A DNA stretch of 33,246 nucleotides from Chthonomonadales bacterium (lineage in GTDB: Bacteria; Armatimonadota; Chthonomonadetes; Chthonomonadales; Chthonomonadaceae), in contig JBBQPO010000025.1 of assembly GCA_038217285.1 (NCBI GenBank), positions 1 to 33,246 of the forward strand, written 5' to 3'. Position numbers and translations under genes: made by a program. Below, one piece after another: positions 26,849 through 33,246 of this stretch. Below the pieces are notes generated by a model, which saw nothing but the letters and a program-made list of their open reading frames with translations, had not been told where the DNA came from and made no database searches. Numbering within the stretch: position 1 is the first letter of the stretch; each line of letters begins with the position of its first letter.

Positions 26849-27988
26849 ATGTTCTGCCCGAAGTGCGGCCAGTGGAATGCGGGAAGTGCGGCGCAGTGTA
26901 CGGCCTGTGGCACGTCGCTGCTGCCGTCGGGGCTCGACAATGCCTCTGCTGCCGCCGCCACGCCGCAGCCCGCCCCGACCGTGCCTGCCGTTCCGGCCCA
27001 GCCGACTCTGCCGCCGATGCCGATGTCGGCTCCGCAGGCGCAAACGCAGACGCCCTCCTATAGTAATAGTAACAGTGCGCCGCCCGTCTACCCTGGCGCT
27101 GTGCCGGCACAGACGGTCTATCCCCCCTATATGCCGCCGTCCGCGCCGAACTACCAGCCTGCACCGCCGGTCTATCCCAACGCTCCGCAGCCGCCCTCTT
27201 ATCCGGCCTATCCGCAGCAGCCGTATCCCAACGCTCCCCGCGCGCCCGGCAGCGCGCCGTCCGCATTTCCCAGCTATTCGCCGCTGCCGCCCGGTTCCAC
27301 GTACGGCGCGCCAGCCCCATACGCTTTCAATACCGGCTATCCCACGCAGGTGCAGCAGGCGCTCAACCAGTGCAAGGTCTGCGGCAACATGGTCGCCTAT
27401 GGCATGCTCTCCTGTGGGATCTGCACGGTGCCGGTCGGCATGATCGCCAACCCGCACGACCCGACGGTGACCACCTATCTCGATGCCCGCGCCCTCAATC
27501 TGCCGGGCACCAGCCCTGTCTATGCCGCGCCCGGCGCCTATGCAGGCCGACCGACCAATCCCTGGAGCGCCGTGCCGGACGAGGCCAAACGGGGCTGGAA
27601 CTGGGCGGCCGCCCTCAACTCCATGCTCTGGGCCTTTACGCACCGCTCTGCCGGCTGGGGTCTGGTCTGCGCAACCGGCCTGTTCCTCTGGGTCATGATG
27701 ATTCTCGGGATATCTACGATGACCACGGCGGACAGACACGGCAACGGCAACGACTCGGCGGACGCCACTATGGGCGCCATCATCGTCGCAGGAGTCGTGC
27801 TGTTCTGGGTTATCAAGACGCTCTATCTTGGTAGCAAGGGCAATGCGATCGCCTGGCGCAGCGGCCGCTATGCCAACATCTCCCAGATGAAGAATGTGCA
27901 GCGCCAATGGACACCCTGGAGCATTGTGGTGTTCTTTGTCGCGACTGCTGTGTTGATCACGGCCACCGTCATCGCCGGAAGCCACTGA
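26849..27988 (+). CDS. Zinc-ribbon, Pro/Tyr-rich membrane protein of unknown function
   Basis: FCPKCG...CTACG, a long P/Y/A/Q linker, a second CKVCG...CGIC, a GWNWAA motif and 3-4 TM helices. Confidence 0.8.
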   Translation: MFCPKCGQWNAGSAAQCTACGTSLLPSGLDNASAAAATPQPAPTVPAVPAQPTLPPMPMSAPQAQTQTPSYSNSNSAPPVYPGAVPAQTVYPPYMPPSAPNYQPAPPVYPNAPQPPSYPAYPQQPYPNAPRAPGSAPSAFPSYSPLPPGSTYGAPAPYAFNTGYPTQVQQALNQCKVCGNMVAYGMLSCGICTVPVGMIANPHDPTVTTYLDARALNLPGTSPVYAAPGAYAGRPTNPWSAVPDEAKRGWNWAAALNSMLWAFTHRSAGWGLVCATGLFLWVMMILGISTMTTADRHGNGNDSADATMGAIIVAGVVLFWVIKTLYLGSKGNAIAWRSGRYANISQMKNVQRQWTPWSIVVFFVATAVLITATVIAGSH

Positions 27989-28152
27989 AAGCCTGACGGG
28001 ACAGGCTCCGGAGCACATGGAAGCGTTGTGCCATCGGTGAGAGAGAGACCAAGCCTGCGGACACGCTGCTGTAGTCCGCCCTGATGCCGGGAGACGACCC
28101 GCACTCGATGCGGGAGCCACGTCCCGACACGATGAGAAAGGAACCTTCAATC

Positions 28153-29349
28153 ATGAACATCTCGGAACGAGCGCGCAATGCCGCCCCCTCACCCACCATG
28201 GCGATCACGGCGAAAGCCAAAGCGCTGCAGGCGCAGGGCGTCGATGTGATTGGCTTCGGGGCAGGCGAACCCGACTTCGACACCCCAGCGCACATCAAGG
28301 ACGCGGCGATCGCCGCGATCCATGCCGGCTACACCAAATACACGCCCAGCAGCGGCTCCGATGAACTGCGGGATGCCATCGCCGCCAAGCTTTTGCGCGA
28401 CAACAATCTGCACTATGAGCGCAAGAACGTCATCGTCTCGGTGGGAGCCAAGCACACCCTCTACAACATTTTCCAGGCCCTGCTCGATCCCGGCGACGAG
28501 GTGATCATCCCGGTTCCCTACTGGGTTTCGTATCCGGAACAGGTGAAGCTCGCTGGCGGCGTTCCCGTCTTCGTTCCCACGCTGCCGGAAAACGACTTCA
28601 TGCCGACCCGCGACGCCGTCCGCGCGGCCATCACGCCGCGTACCAAGGCGCTGATCCTCAACTCGCCTTCCAACCCGACCGGCGGAGTCGCCTCGCGCCG
28701 ACTGGTCAAGGATCTGGCCTCGGTCGTGATTCAGCGCAACCTGACGCTGGTCAGCGACGAGATCTACGAGAAGCTGCTCTACGACGGCCGCGAGCATCTA
28801 AGCCCGGCCTCCCTGGGCAGTGAGATCTTCGAGCGCACCCTGACCGTGAACGGCTGCTCGAAAGCCTACTCGATGACCGGCTGGCGCATCGGCTATGTGG
28901 CGAGCGCCAATACTGAACTGGTCGCCGCCATGGGCCGCCTACAGGACCAGTCTACGTCGAACCCGGTCTCTATCTCGCAGAAAGCGGCGGTCGCCGCCCT
29001 GAACGGCCCGAACGAGCCGGTCGAGGAGATGCGCAAAGCCTTCGAGGAGCGTCGGAACCTGATCGTCAAAGGGCTGAACGCCATACCGGGCCTCACCTGC
29101 CGCCTGCCCGGCGGCGCTTTCTACGCCTTCCCGGACATCTCCGCGCTGTTCGGCAAACGCGCTGGAGAGATCGAGATCACCGGCTCCGAATCGTTCTCAA
29201 CCTACCTGCTGGAGAAGGCCAATGTCGCTGTGATCCCCGGCTCCGGCTTCGGCGCAGATCACTATATCCGACTCTCCTACGCGACCTCGACCGCCAACAT
29301 CGTGAAGGGCCTGGAGCGCATCGACGCTGCCGTTCGCCGCCTGGAATAG
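28153..29349 (+). CDS. PLP-dependent class I/II aminotransferase (aspartate aminotransferase-like)
   Basis: GAGEPDFDTP, NSPSNPTG, SDEIYE, SKAYSMTGWRIGY, GAFY and RLSYA. AAAGGA SD before ATG 28153. Confidence 0.93.
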   Translation: MNISERARNAAPSPTMAITAKAKALQAQGVDVIGFGAGEPDFDTPAHIKDAAIAAIHAGYTKYTPSSGSDELRDAIAAKLLRDNNLHYERKNVIVSVGAKHTLYNIFQALLDPGDEVIIPVPYWVSYPEQVKLAGGVPVFVPTLPENDFMPTRDAVRAAITPRTKALILNSPSNPTGGVASRRLVKDLASVVIQRNLTLVSDEIYEKLLYDGREHLSPASLGSEIFERTLTVNGCSKAYSMTGWRIGYVASANTELVAAMGRLQDQSTSNPVSISQKAAVAALNGPNEPVEEMRKAFEERRNLIVKGLNAIPGLTCRLPGGAFYAFPDISALFGKRAGEIEITGSESFSTYLLEKANVAVIPGSGFGADHYIRLSYATSTANIVKGLERIDAAVRRLE

Positions 29350-29370
29350 ATCCGAGACATACGGCTCTTT

Positions 29371-30099
29371 ATGAATGAAACCGCGCTAACACAACTGCAG
29401 GAGCGACTGGGCGTCTCTTTTCGGGACGTCTCCCGACTGGAACGTGCGCTGACGCACCGTTCCGCCGCCACCGTGAGCCATTTCGACAGCAACGAACGCC
29501 TGGAGTTTCTGGGCGATTCGGTGCTGGGCCTGGTCGTCAGCGAGAATCTGTTCCGGCTCTACCCGCAGCACAGCGAGGGCGACCTGGCCAAATCGAAAGC
29601 CTACATCGTGAGTGAGACAGCTCTGGCGGACGCCGCCATGCGGATCGGGCTGGAGGAGTTCGTGGTGATGAGCGTGAGCGAGGCGGCGACGGGCGGCCGC
29701 CGCCGCCGCTCTATTCTCGCCGATGCGTTCGAGGCGATCATCGCGGCGGTCTATCTCGACCGGGGCATCGTGGCGGCGCGGCGCGTCGTCCTGAATGCGC
29801 TGCTGGAGACTCTGCACGCCGCCGCGACGGATCAGCATCGCCACGACTTCAAATCCTCGCTTCAGGAGCGCACGCAGGCCGTCGCCCGTAAAGCGCCCCT
29901 CTACCGCATCGCCAACGAGGTAGGGCAGGAGCACGACAAGACCTTCCTGGCCGAAGCCTTCCTGGACGAGGTGCGGATCGGGAGCGGGACTGGCAAAAGC
30001 AAGAAGGAGGCCGAGCAGGCCGCCGCACTCGACGCCCTCAACAATGTCGCCCTCTTCCTCCCCGTGGCAGCCGCGACCCCACTACCCGAATCCCAGTGA
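29371..30099 (+). CDS. rnc: Ribonuclease III
   Basis: ALTHRS, NERLEFLGDSVL, ADAFEAIIAAVYLD and dsRBD motifs (DFKSSLQE, GKSKKEAEQAAA). Confidence 0.97.
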   Translation: MNETALTQLQERLGVSFRDVSRLERALTHRSAATVSHFDSNERLEFLGDSVLGLVVSENLFRLYPQHSEGDLAKSKAYIVSETALADAAMRIGLEEFVVMSVSEAATGGRRRRSILADAFEAIIAAVYLDRGIVAARRVVLNALLETLHAAATDQHRHDFKSSLQERTQAVARKAPLYRIANEVGQEHDKTFLAEAFLDEVRIGSGTGKSKKEAEQAAALDALNNVALFLPVAAATPLPESQ

Positions 30100-30122
30100 A
30101 CCCATAAGGAGAGCCTTTCGAA

Positions 30123-30938
30123 ATGAGTCCTACGCAGCAGCCTGCCGCCGACATCGGCGTTTTTGGAGGGAGCGGATTCTATTCGCTGCTGGAGAACGTG
30201 CAGGAGATCACGGTCGAGACGCCTTATGGCCCTCCCAGCGACAGCCTGTTTCTGGCGGAGTATGCGGGCAAGCGGGTGGCGTTTCTGCCCCGACACGGCC
30301 GGCATCACACGATCCCGCCGCATAAGATCAACTACCGCGCCAATGTCTGGGCCATGAAGAGCCTCGGGGTCCGGTTCCTGCTGGCTCCCTGTGCGGTCGG
30401 AAGCTTGCAGAGTGCGCTGGCGCCGGAGCATTTCGTCGTCTGCGACCAGTATGTGGATCGCACCAACAGCCGCAGGGACACCTTTTTCGACGGCCCCGAG
30501 GTGCATCATGTCAGCAGCGCCGATCCCTACTGCCCGCATCTGCGGCGGCTGGCGGTCGAGGTCATCCGCGAGCAGGAGATTCCGGTCCATGCGTCGGGAA
30601 CCCTGGTGGTCATTCAGGGGCCGCGCTTCTCCACGAAAGCCGAAAGCCGCTGGTTCACGCAGATGGGCTGGTCGGTGGTCGGCATGACGGGTTATCCGGA
30701 GGCGTATCTGGCGCTGGAGCAGGAGATCGCCGTCGTGAATATCTCGCTGGTGACGGATTTCGATTCGGGCCATGTCGGCGGCGACGATGTCGCGCCGGTC
30801 ACCTCCGAGGCGGTCTACGCGGTCTTTCGGAAGAACGCCGAGCGTATCAAGACGGTCGTGCTGGAGCTGATCACGCGCATCCCGCTCGATCTCGACAGCC
30901 CCTGCCACCACGCCCTCGCCCACGCCAAAGTAGGATGA
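30123..30938 (+). CDS. mtnP: S-methyl-5'-thioadenosine phosphorylase
   Basis: GVFGGSG, TPYGPPSD, FLPRHG..HTIPPHKINYRAN, GPRFSTKAES, VGMT..PEA and VTDFD. AAGGAG SD. Confidence 0.92.
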   Translation: MSPTQQPAADIGVFGGSGFYSLLENVQEITVETPYGPPSDSLFLAEYAGKRVAFLPRHGRHHTIPPHKINYRANVWAMKSLGVRFLLAPCAVGSLQSALAPEHFVVCDQYVDRTNSRRDTFFDGPEVHHVSSADPYCPHLRRLAVEVIREQEIPVHASGTLVVIQGPRFSTKAESRWFTQMGWSVVGMTGYPEAYLALEQEIAVVNISLVTDFDSGHVGGDDVAPVTSEAVYAVFRKNAERIKTVVLELITRIPLDLDSPCHHALAHAKVG

Positions 30939-30971
30939 CGGTCCTCCTTCGCCTCGCCGGACAGGGGTTCA

Positions 30972-33173
30972 TTGCGTCATGAGGTTTATGAGACAGGATT
31001 TACAGGATTGACAGGATTGACAGGATTTTCTTCCTCTTCCTCAGCGCGGGCAGTGCGGATCGGTATCGACGTCGGCGGCACTTTTACCGACGCTGTGGCG
31101 CTGGACGACGTGACGGGCGAGCTGCTCGGGCAGGTGAAGACGCCGACGACCCATGCGGCGGCGGAGGGCGTCGCGCTGGGGATCGTGCAGGCGCTGCAGC
31201 AGTTGATGCAGACGGTGGGGATCGCGCCGGAGCAGGTGCGGTTCATCGCGCACGGCACGACGCAGGCGACCAACGCCCTGCTGGAGGGCGACGTCACACC
31301 GGTGGGGATCGTGGCGGCAGGGAGAGGGCTGGAGGGGGCGCGGGTGCGTTCCGAAACGCAGGTCGGCAGCCTGGAGCTCGCGCCCGGAAAGAGGCTGGAG
31401 ACGTTCCATAGTTTTGTCGATACGGAGGAGTTTGGCGACGCTGTGCGGCTGCTGAAGGAGCGCGGGGCCGGTGTGATCGTCGCCGCGGCGGCGTTTTCGG
31501 TGGATGATCCTGCCCTGGAGCAGAAGATCATGGCCGCGGCGACAGACGCGGGACTGGCGGCGACCGGAACGCATGAGATCTCCAGTCTCTACGGCCTGCG
31601 TGTTCGCACACGGACGGCGGTGATCAACGCCTCGATCCTGCCGCGCATGGTCGAAACCGCCAATATGACCGAAGCCTCGGTGCAGCAGACCGGCATCCCG
31701 GCTCCCCTGATGATCATGCGTTGCGATGGGGGCGTGATGACGGTGGGAGAGGTGCGCCGCCGTCCCATCCTGACCCTGCTCTCCGGCCCGGCGGCGGGCG
31801 TGGCGGGTGCTCTGATGTACGAAAAGGTGTCGCAGGGGCTCTTCCTGGAGGTCGGCGGCACGAGCGTGGACATCAGCGCGGTGCGGGACGGGCGGGTCAT
31901 GGTAGAGTACGCCGAGGTGGGCGGGCACAAGACCTATGTGCGCTCGCTCGATGTACGCACGGTAGGGGTGGCGGGCGGCTCCCTTCTGCGGCTTGGCAGC
32001 AACGGGCGCATCGCCGATGTCGGCCCGCGCAGCGCCCATATCGCGGGGCTGGAGTACGCGGTCTATGCCGATCCTGCGGAGATCGTCGCGCCGGTGCTGG
32101 AGTGTTTTGCGCCGCGCCCCGGCGACCCGACCGACTACGTACGAATCCGCTGCGCGAACGGTCTTTGTTTCGCCCTCACGACCGCCTGCGCCGCCAATCT
32201 GCTCGGCCTCGTCCTGCCCGAACACTATGCCTACGGCAGCGCGGAAGCGGCGCGACGGGCGTTTGCGCCTCTGGCCGAACGGCTCGGCGGCACGGTCGAG
32301 GAGGCGGCGCAAGAGGTTCTGCGCGTGGCGACTGCGAAGGTCACGCCAATCGTGGAAGCCCTGCTGCAGCACTATAAGCTGGACAAGCGGGGCACGACGC
32401 TTATCGGAGGTGGAGGAGGCGCGGCAGCCCTGGTTCCGGCCCTCGGTACCGCGCTCGGGATGGAGTGGCGGCTGGCGCGCAACCATCAGGTGATCTCCCC
32501 TATCGGTGTGGCGCTGGCGCTGGTTCGCGAAACCGTCGAGCGCACCCTCGTCGCTCCCACACAACAGGACATTCTGCGTGTGCGGCGTGAGGCGGAAGAG
32601 GCCGCTCTGCGCTCCGGCGCAGCGGAAGGGACGGTAGAAGTCCATGTCGAAGTCGATCCCGTCCGCAACCTCGTCCGCGCCACCGCGACCGGCGCAACCG
32701 AGCTCCGCGCCCGCGACGCCCGAATTGAGACACGCACCGAAGCAGAACTTCAAGCCATTGCCGCTGCCTCTATCGGCAGTCCCACCGTCAAAACAGCAGC
32801 CCATGTCGGTGGCTGGTGGATCTTCGAAGGCATTCTGACCGAAAAGGCGCTGTTCGGCCTCCTGCGCAAAGAGCGGCATCTCTTCCGCGTCCTGGACAGC
32901 GAAGGCATCGTCCGCCTGGCGAAAGAGGGATTGACGGTGCAGATCAGCCTCGCTGGAAAGTGGCAGGCCGCCCTCGACCAGGCCCTTCAAGCTGCCACCA
33001 CCTACGGCGACTCCGGCGCCGTGCTCCCCGACCTCTTTCTGCTCTGCGGCAGTCGCCTGATCGACCTCTCCGGCCTCCAGACCCGCGACCAGATCGCCAC
33101 CCTCGCCACGACCGAGCTCGCAGGCTACCCTCCCGCCGAACCCCTCGCCCTACTCTCCATCCGCCGCGCCTGA
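30972..33173 (+). CDS. Hydantoinase A/oxoprolinase family protein
   Basis: RIGIDVGGTFTDAV, HGTTQATNALLE, SGPAAG, EVGGTSVDI, VGVAGGS and GGGGG. Start is either TTG 30972 or GTG 31053. Confidence 0.88.
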   Translation: MRHEVYETGFTGLTGLTGFSSSSSARAVRIGIDVGGTFTDAVALDDVTGELLGQVKTPTTHAAAEGVALGIVQALQQLMQTVGIAPEQVRFIAHGTTQATNALLEGDVTPVGIVAAGRGLEGARVRSETQVGSLELAPGKRLETFHSFVDTEEFGDAVRLLKERGAGVIVAAAAFSVDDPALEQKIMAAATDAGLAATGTHEISSLYGLRVRTRTAVINASILPRMVETANMTEASVQQTGIPAPLMIMRCDGGVMTVGEVRRRPILTLLSGPAAGVAGALMYEKVSQGLFLEVGGTSVDISAVRDGRVMVEYAEVGGHKTYVRSLDVRTVGVAGGSLLRLGSNGRIADVGPRSAHIAGLEYAVYADPAEIVAPVLECFAPRPGDPTDYVRIRCANGLCFALTTACAANLLGLVLPEHYAYGSAEAARRAFAPLAERLGGTVEEAAQEVLRVATAKVTPIVEALLQHYKLDKRGTTLIGGGGGAAALVPALGTALGMEWRLARNHQVISPIGVALALVRETVERTLVAPTQQDILRVRREAEEAALRSGAAEGTVEVHVEVDPVRNLVRATATGATELRARDARIETRTEAELQAIAAASIGSPTVKTAAHVGGWWIFEGILTEKALFGLLRKERHLFRVLDSEGIVRLAKEGLTVQISLAGKWQAALDQALQAATTYGDSGAVLPDLFLLCGSRLIDLSGLQTRDQIATLATTELAGYPPAEPLALLSIRRA
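30993..31028. repeat. Tandem 9-bp repeat (ACAGGATTK)x4
   Basis: ACAGGATTT ACAGGATTG ACAGGATTG ACAGGATTT read directly from the sequence. Confidence 0.9.
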
Positions 33174-33246
33174 TCTCCAACCCATGACATCCAAGATAAC
33201 CAGGGCCAGCGCATCTAATTTTTCTTCTCTCACGAGATCAAATCGG

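Noticed and set aside
26593..26961. N-terminal extension of the ACT protein in the ORF track, and similar extensions for atpE, atpF, atpI, atpA, the aminotransferase and the WD40 gene
   Set aside because: The extensions cross promoters or neighbouring genes and lack homology-like sequence. Downstream starts fit the family N-termini better, most with an SD.
30993..31028. CRISPR array
   Set aside because: Repeats are 9 bp, directly adjacent and without spacers. No cas genes are in the window.

Overview
A GC-rich (by eye about 60-65%) bacterial chromosomal window made mostly of housekeeping and envelope genes. Gene content suggests a lineage such as Armatimonadota or a Planctomycetota-like organism; this is inference only. 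Left to right: a + strand run of exported proteins (alpha/beta hydrolase, Tat-type Gfo/Idh/MocA oxidoreductase, DUF1549/PA14/DUF1553 cytochrome-c protein with its DUF1501 partner, rhomboid-TPR, aldo/keto reductase, a 3'-truncated ankyrin gene, and a large WD40 + Ig-like + FG-GAP surface protein behind an ECF-type promoter). Next come a structured convergent intergenic region, a - strand SDR-ygfZ-EamA operon, and a truncated LRR gene abutting a secreted ankyrin gene. A long - strand unit follows: ACT-domain gene, dapG-type aspartokinase, atpZ, atpI, atpB, atpE, b', b, atpH and atpA, ending at a terminator with no atpG/atpD/atpC. Last is a + strand run: zinc-ribbon membrane protein, aminotransferase, rnc, mtnP and a hydantoinase-like gene. 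No rRNA, tRNA, CRISPR array, transposase or integrase was recognised. The best leads are a separately encoded aspartokinase beta-like subunit, a split and modified ATP synthase operon (about 49-aa insertion in AtpA), and two structured intergenic elements. None is a proven novel system.
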